Position numbers and translations under genes: made by a program. The notes under the pieces were generated by a model. The model did no database searches. It was not told the origin of the DNA and worked only from the letters and a program-made list of their open reading frames with translations. A stretch of DNA of 61,959 nucleotides, filler included, from Nemertoderma westbladi (lineage: Eukaryota; Animalia; Xenacoelomorpha): the NCBI GenBank assembly GCA_032718475.1. It is 3 parts of 3 records of this genome, joined end to end, with 100 filler letters (N's around TTAATTAATTAA, not from the genome) between each part and the next. Parts side by side here need not be neighbours in the genome. Positions count along the whole stretch, not along the records: positions 21,966 to 47,627 come from JAUCBJ010003074.1; positions 47,728 to 61,959 come from JAUCBJ010008247.1; 1 more part is not named here. One strand, given 5' to 3'. Positions 35,872 to 49,922 of the stretch are shown here, piece by piece. Every line of letters begins with the position of its first letter. The first letter of the stretch is position 1.

Positions 35872-37358
35872 TGTTCGCGGTATTTCAACTTTTCTTAACG
35901 CGAGTTGAATATTTTTCGGATTTATTTATAATGAATATTCCAATATCAATACTGGGTGCGGGAACATGGAATTTGGGTACATTCAATGGACTGGGGGTGA
36001 TTTACGGGCGAATACTGGAGCGACTTACGGGGTACGGGACTCATGTCAGATATTTAAGGGCCAGGGGTGGGAGGCAAAATCAAGCAGTACTCAGGTTTAC
36101 CTGAATACTATTAGGCCTAGCCAACTTCCTGCTGCCTGTAGAGGTGGATTTGGTAACTCGCTAGGCCTAGGGACAAGGACTGCCCTTAGTGGTCCCTGGC
36201 CATCAGTAGTTATTATGAGCCTGAATAAGGACTCGGAAAATCTGTTGATTGTGTCAGAGATTTGCGACGGGAACCGACAGACAGATCCTTAGGAACCGGC
36301 AGTTATTACAAGCCTGAATAAGGACTCAGGAAAGCTTGCCGACTACGCCAGGGACTTGCGACGTGCCAACCGACTAAACGGAGGAAGGGTTCGACGAGGA
36401 CTGCCTTCCTGGAGTGGGTTCCACGACCGGCGTTAGTACGAGCCTGAATATGGACTCAGAAAACTACCAACAGTTGGGACTCACAACGGGCTGACAGACC
36501 CCTTGCCAAGCCGTACCGCTTTCCTGATGACCGATCCCTTCGGGGTTCGGGAAGGGTGGGACGGACATGCAACGGGGTCGAAAGACAAAGGACCAGACTC
36601 CACTGGCCTACCGACTGTTCGGAGCAGCATCTCGGCTACCGAAGCGACTACGAGCCTGAAAAGGATTCGGAAAGCTTAGGTGGTTGGGTCCCTGTGATGA
36701 ACTGACGGACCCCTAGCCAAGCCGTACTGCTTTCCTGATGACCGATCCCATCGGGGTTCGGGAGGGGTGGGACGGACACACAAACGGGTCCACCGACTCG
36801 ACAGACCCCTAGCCAAGCCGTACCGCTTTCCTGATGACCGATCCCTTCGGGGTTCGGGAAGGGTGGGACGGACACGCAACTGGGTCTACCGACTTGACCA
36901 ACCCTTAGCCAAGCCATACCGCTTTCCTGATGATCGATCCCTTCGGGATTCGAGAAGGGTGGGTCGGACACGCAACAGGGTCGACCGACACTGACACTAC
37001 GGTACCGAGACTAGGACCGAGGGAAAATGGAGAACATTAGTTAGGTTAAAATCTAAATCGAACAGTGGGTAATTAAATAATGTACTGTAGGAATTTATAT
37101 TGTCGTATATTATTGTGAAAATTTGGTGTATATTGATGTGGGGAAGCCCAACTTATTCTCAATCAAGGTTCAACTGTAGGAAAGTTACATTAAAAGATTA
37201 TATCCAACCAATGCAACTTTTTCTCAATTGCAATCTTGCATCTCAGAAAGGACTCCTTCTCCACTCCCAATATCCGGTGACTGGCCGGAATCCCGTGGTC
37301 TGAAAATTCCTCCTCCAGCATCGGCGTTTTCCCCATGGTGTCGGGAATAACGGCAACA
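35872..37358 (+). mobile_element. LTR (3'), 1487 bp
   Basis: TGTT...AACA termini after the PPT. Highly similar to 29459-30952, with scattered substitutions and small indels. Confidence 0.92.
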
Positions 37359-37363
37359 AAAAC

Positions 37364-37623
37364 CTCAGAAGAAGGATGCTATTGACATCTATCTGTCAGA
37401 TTATCAACGATTTATAGGTGAAAAAGAGCTAAGGAGACGTCTAGCTGGACTTCACCCCAATAGTGAGGGAGCCAAATTCGTGCTGGACTCTTTAGATGCG
37501 GAAATATTAGCTGTGGAGCAAGCTAAATTTGATGAAAGCATTCTCATCGCAATGGACCAAGAAGAACAACTAAAGAAAAAACAGATGCCTAAGGAGGTGA
37601 GGTCTCTATGGGGGTGTCTGTAA
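37364..37623 (+). pseudogene. 3' part of the family C accessory ORF
   Basis: Open frame PQKKDAIDIYLSDYQRFIGEKELRRR...VRSLWGCL*, in frame with 27129-27282 after removing one TSD copy. The stop lies at the putative LTR start. Confidence 0.65.
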
Positions 37624-38433
37624 CAGGCGACAGCGGACTCGTGAGGGTCTGGGGGCACGTTAAATCTTTTCTATAGTGCAAGGGAGTTACTGAAGGCCCT
37701 CTTGTCTAACGAACCATGAATCAACATGGTGCCGTGGTACCGTCTAGTCGGCCTGTTGCCGTACTGCTAGTCATGTACACTGTAGGGGTGGTGGCTTAGT
37801 GTGATCTGTGGTTTATGTGGTGTCTATGTTTGGTATGTATGAGTTGACCAGACTCTTTACTGTCTCTGATCGGCTGCCGAAACGTGCCTTTTCCCAGGGT
37901 AGCACTATTGGAATGGAGGTGTTGCATCGGAATGGCCAGGATTCTGATGATTCTGTTGGTACTACTATTGGAATGGAGATAGCACCTGGAATATCTGCTG
38001 CAAGGAGGGGGTGGTGTTGTAGTGTGGTCCGAGTAAATTATACTCTGGAATCTGTGGTTTGTGTGTGGACGATCAGTGGCAGTTTGCTTGAGCTTTCTGT
38101 TGCTGTGGGTACGTGGTATATGTGAGTGTGTGTATGGCCACTGCGAGTGAGTGTGGGAAACCTTGCCAGTTGGTTCAGTCGCCGCTGGTTATTAGTAGGA
38201 CCATATCTTTACTGCGCACCAGCATACTATGTACACACAAAGTTATTTTGCCCTGACGGAAAAATAAAGTACTCTCGACTCTTTTATCAGTGGATACAAT
38301 TTAATCCCCTCTGATTTTGACCCCGATTTTGTCATTTCCATTTATGTCCTCTGTGTGTGCATGGTATGTGTTCGATTTTGTGTTTACCATTGTGTACTTG
38401 ATTTTGTGAACATCTGTTGAGTACACATGTACA
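37619..38433 (+). mobile_element. Putative LTR of BEL/Pao family C
   Basis: TGTAACA start after a GGGGG tract, AATAAA near 38262, and TGTACA end followed 12 nt later by TGGTGAC. No second copy in the window, so the right boundary is uncertain. Confidence 0.5.
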
Positions 38434-38849
38434 GTGACTAGTAAGTGGTGACTTGTTCTAGCGTTAAGCTAGACAGTATTTTCTTTCAATACTGCCGGCG
38501 AGGCGGGTGAAAACGTGTCAATATTCCATGTTGGGTAGCGCAAGCCCACTTGGGACAAGACCGTCGGTTTGGCTCAAGGGCAACCTTATGCTCGATCGCC
38601 ATCGACTGGTCCACCCGCCGGTTGACTCTCTGAGTTGGCTCAATGTACAGTCAGGCCACAGTAAGTTGACAGTAGCCGACCATCTGGCTACACGTGCGAC
38701 GAGCTGTGCCGGTGTGATCGGGAGATTGAAAATTGAACCTGGGAAGCATCGGGCTACCCTCCGGCCCAGTCTGATAAAAACATCAGTCGGACTGGCCCCA
38801 AGGGTGGTGGAACAGCATCCGCCTTGTGAGTGCACCTCGGGGAGGAGCC

Positions 38850-41800
38850 CAGAAGGACGTAAGCGAGAAGACTGGAAGGTAGCAGTGGCAGTGGCAGCGA
38901 CAGAAGCTGAAAGAAAAGAGGCAGCGGCAGGGGCAGCAGCAGAAGCTGAAAGAAAAGCGGCAGCAGCAGCGGCAGCGGCAGCGGCAGAGGCTGAAAGAAA
39001 AGCAGCAGAGGCTGAAAGAAAAGAGGCAGGGCAGCAGCAGAGGCTGAAAGAAAAGCGGCAGTTGCAGAGGCGAAATAAAAGTGGCAGCAGTAGCGGCAGT
39101 GGCAGAAGCAGAACGGAGAGCATCTGAAGCGACAGCCCAACTAGAGTTGGAGAATCTTCAGGCGAAACAAGATTACTTAAATAAACAAAGAGCAGCTACT
39201 CAGATGCAACTACTGAGTCGATCTACTCCCAGAAGACAGGGATTTACCTCCTCGGATGAAGGTGATACAACTGATCCCGAGGGTAAAAGTCATAAATCTC
39301 GTTCAAACGGACGTAGAAGAGCACCCCACCGGCATAAGTTGCCTAATTTACCTCCTGCGGTGAGAAGGGAGCTAGCTAATGTAGACTTAAGTAATCAAGA
39401 ACCAACAGCCCAAAATATTAGAGTAGACAGACTCCCTACTATAGTAGATGAGCCAGAAATAATTACGCCTGTTATCAAAGCCACTCCCTTGATAGAGACC
39501 CCTTTACTTCCAGAACCTAACTCGAAATTCCATTTACACAGTACCAAACTACCTGTGCCCAGTAGACAACTGCCAGAAGCTCAGACAGTCATGGACGCCG
39601 AGCGAGAGATAATAAACGCAATGTCTCCAGTCGTCCCAATGTGCCATCCAGCTACGACGTTGGCGAACACTCCCGCCTCCGCGGTTGAGTGGGTGGACGA
39701 GGGACGACGGGGGATGGAGTAGTTGCTCGGACAGCTAGAGAACAATAAAATAAAATCTTCCAGACAAGTCCGAGAATTGGAAGGGACTGTTCAACTGTTA
39801 AAGGGAAAAGTGAGAGAGAGTAGGTTAGAGCTGCAAGAAGTACAGCAAAATATCGCAATAGAGCGCGATAAATTAGTAAATATACAAATGGGTATACCAC
39901 CACCCCCTGTAACAATATGTCAGCCAGTTAGGTCTGAAGTTTTTCATGCGCAAGGTATGGAGCCTACACGCATCTATACTGCTAGCGAAGTAGAAACTCC
40001 TATAGTAAACCCTATTAAGGGTATTTATAAGCCTGTTGATAATGACATCCCATACAGATCTGATAATAATCCGAGAAATTCATATACCGATAATTCGATA
40101 TTAAATAATAAGATGGGTCAAGAAAGTTTTAAACATCAGATGGCTAGAACTGAAGGCCGTCAAGCGGTAAAAGTGGGAGAGGTCGTCAAGTTCAATGGAG
40201 ATGAGATGAAATGGTTACCTTTTAATGAATATTACAAAGATAACATAAAGAACTCCGTACTATCCAACGGAGAGAAACTACGATTCCTCATCGAGTGCTT
40301 GGAAGGACCTCCCAAGTTAATGGCATTAAAGTTTATTGGACATCCAGACGGATTGAGACAAGTTTGGGATACACTAAACATCAGGTATGGTAACAGGACT
40401 AACATAGCTAGGTATCTGTAGGCGAAATTAGTAGCGTCCCAAAAGTTTCTTAGCAGCGGGATTATAGAGTTTTCCGATGAGATTCAGGAGATCTGTAGAC
40501 AGCTAGACTGGTTAGGTAAGTCTCAGGAATACCAGAGTTCTATGGTTGTTTGAGCCGTAGCATCAACTTTGCCAAAGGGTGGAGTAGGTACTCGCTGGAA
40601 CAAAAAGGTTCTCTATCTGATGGACCAACAACAAAGAGACCCTACCATGGCTGATCTCATGTCGTTCTTAAACAGAGAGGTAAGATTACAGCTCCTAAAA
40701 CAGTCCAGAGAGAAGACACCGGAAAGTAAGGTAAGTGAAAAACCCGTTACTAGGAGAAAGGTAACACCAGTGTGTTATACAGATGATTGTGAAAGCCAAA
40801 CGTCCTATGATGAGAACAGTGGCAAGGACACCGAAAGATCTTATTATGTCAATAAAATTAGGAAAGACATAAGTAAATCTAAGTCTCGAACCAGTGACAG
40901 GAGAGAACAGGTAACAACTCCCCCTACGTCTCCTAAGAGAATTCATGGAAGGAAGCCCGAAGAAAGAGCTAGCGTACACAACACGACGCAGGTTAAGGTA
41001 GTAACATCAAACCTAAGTGTGTATTGTGCGACGGGCCACATCGCTTGAGTGGGTGTGATGAATTCTTAAAGAAAACACTGAAGGATAGACGTGATGTCAT
41101 GTGGGATAAACGGTTGTGCTATAATTGCCTCAGGCGAGGACACCAACGAAGAACCTGTTACTCGGACGCGAGGTGTGCTAAGTGCGGCGCGAAACATCAT
41201 ATTCTGCTGCACACCGAATTTGATAGGACCCGTACGAGTCAGGTAAGTGAGCCCGAACTACATGTCCAATTCAGTGATGTGAACGACACTGACCACAGTT
41301 CGGAGATGGAAGGATTCTATACGGATGAATTCTCAGACGAAAATGAATCCTGTTATATGATCAACACAACCATGTATCGGGCGCTTACATATGAGACCGA
41401 AACGGAGGGAGAAGACCCTCGATCGTCTATTCCGGATTGACAGCCCTCTTGGAAAGCGCCAACATCATCTGTCGGTATCCGAGAATTCCCAGTGGTGCAA
41501 CTGAGGGTGCATGGAATAGGGAAGAGCTTAATAGTGAACGCCCTCCTTGACTCCGGCAGTACTGGCACCTTTATCGACAAAGACCTAGCTGAAGATATCT
41601 TTGCTGGTCAACCAAAGTTCCGAACCAAACTGAACCTTTCCGGAATTATGCAGGTTTAGAAATCCACAGTATCCACAGATTACTATGTGGGTTCGTTGTC
41701 CACTCCCCAAGATGAACTAGGAGAAAATAGTGTAAGGTCAGTCAAGATGGTGGCGATAAAGAACTTTGCTACTAGCCAAGTGGAGCCTTACAACTGGGAC

Positions 41801-44800
41801 GAAGATAATTTTACCCAGCATTACAACATACCAAGATTCAGTACCGATTATCCAGGGGTACAGATTTTGCTCGGCCAAAATGCGCACGAGGCGCTTGAGA
41901 CATTAGAAAAACGGCCTGCTCGACCGCGACCACTCCAGACGTACGCGGGAAGAACAAGAGTAGGTTGGTACTTCACTGGGCCTTCCCATAGGACTTTACA
42001 AGAAAGACACCCGAGTGAACAAGTCCACCAGGTAAATAAGTGGGAGGAAGATATAAGAGAAGAAGAAATTCCAGCTGAGGAAATTCCATACTCCTCAGAT
42101 AACGACGATATTTGTAACTTATATGATGAGGAAAATACCATTGAACTCCTCACTGAGAACCAAACTTGGTTAAATCAGGTTAACTTATGTAACCTTCAGT
42201 CAACATAGCGAACAATTGACTTATGACGATGAATTAAATGAAGTGGTAGAGCGGTATAATAGTAAAATATGCGATGAACATGCCGTACGATTCTTTACTC
42301 AAGAAGCCGTAGAGCCTAATTCCTACAACAAAGCGTTATCGGTCGAGGAAGAGAGAGCCAAGCAGATTCAGGAAACGACCACGCGTTATCTGAAAGATGA
42401 AGGTTGTTATGAGATAGGTCTGCCGTTCCGACGGAGAGAACTCAGCTTCGTGAATAACCAACCTTTAGCGGAAAAAAGAATCGCACAACTGCATCGGCGT
42501 TTGACGGCTAACGATCGAGCCAAAGAAATGTACAAAACTCAATTGAAGAAGTTTATAGACAAGGGATACGTGGAGCGAGTTCCGGAAGAAACACCCATAA
42601 TGGAGAGAACGTATTATTTGACACATCATTACGTTCCCAAGCCCAGAAAACCAAACAAAGTCCGGGTTGTGTTTGACGGCTCAGCTCTTTACATGGGACA
42701 ATCCCTGAATTCCGAACTGTTGCCGGGACCCAACTTACTCCAATCTTTGTTGGGAATATACTACGACTGCGGCAATATTCGATCGCCTTCGCTTCAGACA
42801 TCGAAGGCATGTTTCTACAAGTCAAAGCGTTAGCTAGGGATCGAGACAGCCTACGATTTCTGTGGTGGCCTGAACTCCTTCAGGCCACAACCGACAACCG
42901 GTGGAGTACTGGATGACAATCCAGGCTTCCGGGATCATCTCGAGCACTTCGAACGCTTGTTCAGTAGTGCGTACCACTGCCGATGACAACAGAGATGCCT
43001 TCTCTAAAGCGGTTATCGACAACATCAAATGGGATATTTACATGGACGACAATTTAAAGTCCCTCCCATCGGTGGAAGAAGCAATCGATGTTTTCCAAGG
43101 GAACGGTTGAGTGCTTACGACGAGGTGGATTTCACCTAACCAAATTCACTAGCAACTCCCATGAGTTCCTGGAATCGATACCAGTAGAAGACTGAGGTGT
43201 TAAAGACCTGGACCTCATTAAGGATGATCTTCCAGAAACCAAGACACTTGGATTAAAATGGGACACAGAGAGAGACATTCTATTCTTTCAATTAAAGCAA
43301 TGAGATAATCCAGTTAGAACTAAATGGATTTGTCTAAGTATCCTGAGCATTTATTTCGATCCATTGGGATTTATTAGCCCAGTCATACTAGTTGCTCGGA
43401 GCTTAGTACAACAAATGTGGCTCGAAAACCACTCGTGGGATAATCCACTCAAGGGAGAACTGCTAAAGAAGTGGATGAAATAGGAAGATTCTCTACCATC
43501 TATCGAGAACTTTAAGATCTCACGCTCATATTTTGGTCACGCCCTCCCCACTATCAACTCCATATGTTTGGAGACGCCAGCGATATTGTAATAGGTATAG
43601 TTGCCTACCTGAGAGTTGAAACTCCGGATGGAATTAAGGTTTCATTGGTCGCCTCTAAGGCCCTAATAAACAACAAACTACAAGTTCCCAGAGCGGAGTT
43701 AAAGGCGGCTCTATATGCTACAGCCATTGGCCGGAATGTAACGGAACAGATCGACTATCCACTGGAGAAAACTGTCTATTGGACTGATGCTTTACTCGTT
43801 TTGGAGTATATAACTAATGAAGTCTGTCAGTTCAGCGTCTTTGTTACCAACAGAGTAGCCATTATACTCAGTCGCTCTAATATAGATCAATGGAGACATT
43901 GCCCTAGGACGATTAATCCAGCTGACAACGCTTCCAGAGGAGCAACTCCTCAAGAATTGATAGATACTCCAGACTGGTTAGGTGGACCCGACTTCCTGAG
44001 TAAAGAAGAGGAGGAATGGCCCCCTCATCTCACCACGGCGGAGATTAGACAAGCCAAGGGAGCGGATAAAGTCAAACCGAAACCCAGACGAGTAAATCAA
44101 AGATATTTAAGCCAGTGATAGATCTGTCTGTGCTACACACCTCCGGTGACGACGCTGTAGATCTATACTCACCCACGGATGTTACCCGAAATACAAATAA
44201 ATCCATTATAGATATCAGGGAAAGAGACTGGAAATCTGGGACACCAGATGTCTCGCAAGGACTCTCTCGCGATAGATCATTACAGCTCCTGGAATTGGCT
44301 TTGCAAGGCCATTGTGTATCTGAAAAGATGTTTCCATCATCACTATTCCAGGACGAAGATAGCTAATGATACTGCTCCAGTAGTAGCTGAAAAGGTCCAT
44401 GCTACTAAAGACCTTCACACTTATAGAGTACCTGATAGGTTTCTGACTGAGAAGATCAGTTACCAAGAACATGATAATACCAACAAGCAGATACTGAGAC
44501 TCCTGCAATGTTACGAAGATTCCGATAAGTATTTCCTGTTGTTGAGAAATCCACAGATGCGCTTAAGGGATCGTTTCTCTAGCACAATGATAGATGGGTT
44601 AATATGTGTTGGAGGGAGATTAACCAATGCTCCATTGTCCTTTGACACTAAGTTTCCCATACTCATTAGAAATCTTGAAATACAGATCAAGATGATTGTA
44701 GATGTTCACAGTAAGCTTTACCATGCTGGTAGAGAACGAGTTCTTAGTGAAATTAGAACTCACTATTATTTCCATAAGCCCCGTAGAGCTCTAAACCAAG

Positions 44801-45607
44801 TTCTTAGGAACTGTATACCCTGTAGGAAAGCATTTAGTAGGCTGTTATGAACCACCCTTTACTAATACTGGTGTGGATTTATTTGGCCCTATTGAAGTAT
44901 ATCGTGCTAGGACTATAGTCAAGCGATGGTGCGTCATCTTTGTCTGTATGACTTATAGAGCGATCCATCTAGATATGGTGAACGATCTATCTACCAACAG
45001 CTTCATACTGAGTTTACGCCGACAAATTGCTCATTTTGGGACTAGCAACACAATGAGATTTGACAAAGGAACAAATTTCATTGGCGCCAATAACGAGATC
45101 AAAGCTTACGTGAAGGATTGGAACCAAAGACAGGTGGACGATCAGCTAAGAGTAACAGCATCTAGCTGGACCTTCAACGCCGCCGATGCCCCTTGGTGGG
45201 GAGGAAGTTGGGAGAGACTCATACGTAGCGTAAAGACCGCATTTCACTTTATAGTGCCGTGCCGCACGTATCTCACCGACAAACTTTTGCAGATGTTAAT
45301 AGAAGAAATCGCCGCCTATCTCAACGAGAGACCGCTTATGCCAGTCTCATCTAGTCCCGACTCCCTAGAAGCGCTAACACCCGCGCATTTTCTATTAAAT
45401 AAACCTATAGCCACACCGCTCCCGCAATCGGAAATCACAGACGGAGACGAATACTGCCGACAAACTTGGCAACTTATGCAGTTATTATCCCGTCGTTTCG
45501 CTGACCATTTCGAAAAACATTATCTTCCTACGCTATAACTTCGAACAAAGTGGTTTGCGCAGCAAGAAAACGTCAGCGCCGGAGACATGGTCCTTATCGT
45601 GGAATCC
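38850..45607 (+). pseudogene. BEL/Pao gag-pol (family C), nearly full length but with many stops and frameshifts; 3' end lost
   Basis: AEAERK coiled coil, KFNGD (DUF1759-like), CYNCLRRGHQRRTC, CAKCGAKHHILLH, LLDSGS protease, KVRVVFDGS and YMDD RT, FGDAS RNase H, and DLFGP/DKGTNF/WERL integrase. Confidence 0.95.
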
Positions 45608-45610
45608 TCT

Positions 45611-46478
45611 TTGACAATGAATTTAACCACTGCGACGATGCCGCATACGAATTATTGATCGTGACAATGAGTTTAACCACTGCGACGATGCCGCGTACGA
45701 ATTATCCTCCGTGGAAATGAGTTTAACCGCTGCAACGACGCTGCGTACGAATTATCCTCCGTGACAATGAGTTTTACCACTGCGACATCGCCGCGTACGA
45801 ATTATCCTCCGTGACAATGAGTTTAACCGCCGCGACGATGCCGCGTATGAATTATCCTCCGTGACAATGAATTTAACCACTGCGATGACGCCGCGTACGA
45901 ATTATCCTCCGTGGAAATGAATTTAACCGCTGCGACGATACCGCGTACGAATTATTGATCGTGACAATGACTTTAACCGCTGCGACGACGCCACGTACGA
46001 ATTATCCTCCGTGGAAATGAGTTTAACCGCTGAGACGACGCTGCATACGAATTATCCTCCATGACAATGAGTTTTACCACTGCGACATCACCGCATACGA
46101 ATTATCCTCCGTGACAATGAGTTTAACCGCTGCAACGATGCCGCGTACGAATTATCCTCCGTGACAATGAATTTAACCGCTGCGACAACGCCGCGTACGA
46201 ATTATCCTCTGTGACAATGAGTTTAACCGCTGCGGCGATGCCGCATACGAATTATCCTCCGTGACAATGAATTTAACCACTGCGACGACGCTGCTTACGA
46301 ATTATCCTCCGTGACAATGAATTTAACCGCTGCGACAACGCCGCGTACGAATTATCCACCGTGACAATGAGTTTAACCACTGCGACGATGCCGCATACGA
46401 ATTATTGATCGTGACAATGAGTTTAACCACTGCGATGACGCCGCGTACGAATTATTGATCGTGACATTGAGTTTAACC
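45611..46478. repeat. 50-bp minisatellite, about 17 copies
   Basis: Unit GTGACAATGAGTTTAACCACTGCGACGATGCCGCGTACGAATTATCCTCC; substitutions only, no indels seen. Confidence 0.96.
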
Positions 46479-47627
46479 CCCCCCCCCCCCCCCCCCCCCC
46501 CACGCACGTTGGCGCTCTTTTTGAATCTTATTGTAGTCTTATCTTAGTCTAATCTTTCTTTGAATCGTATTGTTATTGTAATAAATGCAAATTAATCTCA
46601 ATTTACTTCATAGTTCTACATCTTACTTTGATACATCTTACTTTGACTATTAAAGATAAATATATAAGAAACACAATTATGTGCGCTTTCTTAATTTTCA
46701 GCTATTTTCTTGGCAAAATGGACGCAACAACCCCCCCCCCCCCCCCCACCCACCCACCTCCCGTCAGCCATACCATATCTCTATTGTACGCTTTTACAGT
46801 AATGCATGAATGAATGCACGCTGAATGCATTAATGTAATTATTACAGAAATAATATTGTGATGCAAGGCTGCTTGAGAGGTTGTGCGTAACTAGAATTGA
46901 AATTTGACAGTTAGTACCGTGCTAAGTTCATTTCACTGGGCCGTGTTATGTATGTTGTTACTGTGTGTATGCCGTGTTATGTGTTATGTAACTGTTGTGT
47001 TGGTATAATGACTTTGTAACAAAAATTAATGTTTATAAATGATCGCAAAAACCAACTATGTGTTTATTGGTTTGAAAAATTAATTTAATTTAAAACATTA
47101 AGGAAAAGGCTACCCTTCCACCCCCCCCCCTTACCAAGCTGTAGTATAGGTTACCCCGACCGTTCCACCCCCCAACCCCAGCTATGGTTAAGGGTCACCA
47201 CCGACCCTTCCAGCCCAACCAGTCCCCCCTCCACCCCCCCCCCCCCCCCCCCCCCCCCCCACCTACCTAAAAAATAAATGTTCCCACTAAATTGTTGTAT
47301 GACTACCGATTCCACACTTTTGATTTTTTGAATATGTTTGAAAATTGTGCACATAATTTATCAAGAAGAATTCATTTTTGTGCAAGGAAACGACACTTAT
47401 AATGCTCTCTGACATGTCTGGTGTGTTCCAAAAGTAACTGGGATTGAACAATTGTAATTGCAATACATCTTCATGGGGTTTTCTTTGTAATTAAGTAAGA
47501 GTAAAAAACGTTAAACTCTGAACTTTAAAAGTTCAACATTAAATTTTTTTTTAAATAATACTTTTTTGTTGTTTTTTGTTTATTTGAGTGTTTCCGTCTT
47601 TGCTGGTATTGTATTTTTGGTGTTTTA

Positions 47628-47727
47628 NNNNNNNNNNNNNNNNNNNNNNNNNNNNNNNNNNNNNNNNNNNNTTAATTAATTAANNNNNNNNNNNNNNNNN
47701 NNNNNNNNNNNNNNNNNNNNNNNNNNN
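47628..47727. other. Artificial contig spacer
   Basis: 44 N + TTAATTAATTAA + 44 N. Confidence 0.97.
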
Positions 47728-48337
47728 TCAACCATATTATGAAGAACTGACAGCAAATAGCAGTATAAAACAACAACTGAACAGTTAGGTACATCGGTAC
47801 ATCAGTACCGGTATATCAGCAGTGAGATATTTACGGAGTGATATTTATCAGTCATCAGTTAAAGGATATATGCCCTTTATAATTAAACCTACCAGTGTAC
47901 GACTAAAAAGCAGTACAGCACAAAATATTTTCTAAGCCGTTCTTTCTTTGGCTCAAGACTGAATGAAAAAACTGCACATAGGCATTGCGTCATTTCTAGG
48001 AAATTCTCTGTACAAGGAGCCACAAAAACGCTCTCATTGGCTGACTGAGCTGAGAGACGCCGTAGAACAAAGGAAATCAACACGTATGAATGTCAGCTGT
48101 TAACCGTAGTCATAGTAACTACTGTTCAAGAGTAGCTATCACTCCTTTGCGTCACAAATTGCCATAGAATCATAAAATATACCTTTCACAATACACATAC
48201 GGAGGAAATAAGTCTTAGATCCTCTAAAAACACCGATACAGTAATAATACGGTCTCTTACACTTATTAAATCAACTACAGAGTATTTTAATGTAAAAGAT
48301 AATAAAAATAACGGGGCAATTCAGCAAAGGCTTTTAC

Positions 48338-48595
48338 ATATATTATTTATTAAGGTGTAGCTAGTGTTTTTTTTACTAGCTTGCATTTTCTTGAAATTAT
48401 AAAAAAATTGTGAAAACATTGATATTTCAGAATTAGGCCTAAACTGTTGCTGATTATATTAATTACCAAAAATACTGATGATATTATAACAGTTTAAACT
48501 GAACAGAAGAACATCGTGTGGCGGTACAGTTTTTGAATCTAAATTCAGCAAATTCAGTCCCTGAATGAGATCCAGCTATTATCTATGATAATAAT
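48338..48595 (-). repeat. Dispersed repeat: inverted copy of the core (about 25990-26190) of the 25421-26563 element
   Basis: Shares CAGCAACAGTTTAGGCCTAATTCTGAAATATCAATG and GCTGGATCTCATTCAGGGACTG. This copy has about 60 extra bp. Confidence 0.85.
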
Positions 48596-49922
48596 TGGCC
48601 AGAGTTCCGTACGCCCCCCCCATTTTTAAAATGACTTGAATTGCCCGTGTATTGTCATTTAATGTTATGGAATATATTTTTTATACCTATAATATATATA
48701 ATATATACTATATATATATATTATATATATGTCATATTGGTTCTGTCTGCTGAGTGCTGATTTATTGACGGCCCTAAACTGACATTCTTACATATTAACA
48801 GACAATTTGAGGGGGAAGGTTTAAAAAGTCCCTATTTGTTTTACCCGTTTTAATCCGATTTCATTTTCAGACTTCGCGCAGCACGTGACATAAACTTATG
48901 TTAAGTGTCTACGCGAAATAATTTCAAGCAAATCATACATAGACGTCCCAAAATCAATTATTAAAGCCAAAGCCGTCTACGGCACGGCTTGTCTACTATG
49001 AATGAATATATTCATTTATTGGTTTATCGCCAAATAGAAATGTCTACTATGAATGAATATATATATATATCCCAAAAGTCCGTTACGTAAGCTAATTACA
49101 CTGTGGGCAAGTCAGTTAGATGGTGCGGATGGACAGACTTCCCGAGCAACGCGGCCGCCTTCCAGCAGTTCAGGTTCAACTCTCTAGATCCCGTCTCATT
49201 CCTAACTACCTTCTAACCTATTCCCATGCATAGCGCAAAAACTTCGGAGATAAACTGGCCGTGACCGACTCACTTTTTGATGCCCAAGCTACTCCCCAAT
49301 ACTTGTACTAGACTACAGTGTAGTTAGAAAGACAATAGTTATGGCGTTCGACTGTACCAAACCCGCAGGTTTGATAATCGAACACCTCACTCCACTGCAA
49401 ACTACTGAGTGGGGTCTGCGTACGCCTCTGGTGCTACTAACCTTTAGCACCTTGGTTGTTGTACTGTTGGCATCAATCTGTGGAAGTTACTGAACTCAAT
49501 TTATACTCCTACTTAATATAGCCATCACCATGGTGTCTAGATACTATTTTCCAGGCTCTCACGACTTTCAAATTACTGTACATCTATAGACGAATTCTAG
49601 AACGCGTCTATATGCAGCGTTTCGAATTGTCTTGGGTTCAACTCTAATTTTTTAAAATTTAATTTTCCAAACTTTATGAAAAATAATTTAATTTTGTTTT
49701 TTGATACCCACCAGGCAAATTCTCAACGCAAATCACCACAAACCCGCTCCTATGCATTTCCGAGTATTTACATACGAGGAATGCATACGAAGTGAATTTG
49801 CGTTCTAACACTAATTTTGTTTTGAGGCAGAAGACAAATTATAGTCTCCTGTCTCCTGTCTCTAGTAACACAATATCTTGGACCGGCCTGTCCAAGATGT
49901 GCAAACCCTTAGTTTTACACTC

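Larger units (their letters stand above)
27283..37358 (+). mobile_element. Composite three-LTR BEL/Pao retrotransposon unit (family A/B)
   Basis: An 80-bp LTR 5' stub at 27283-27362, and full LTRs at 29459-30952 and 35872-37358. 5-bp TSD AAAAC at 27278-27282 and 37359-37363. Removing the unit restores an open frame (GEAVSEK|PQKKDAID). Confidence 0.85.

Noticed and set aside
38518-39140. Antisense Ala/Leu-rich ORFs (also 56049-56534)
   Set aside because: Shadows of low-complexity gag repeats on the opposite strand.
46478-47270. Poly-C/poly-G tracts as G-quadruplex elements
   Set aside because: Such homopolymers are scattered through many repeats here and their lengths are error-prone; there is no specific evidence of function.
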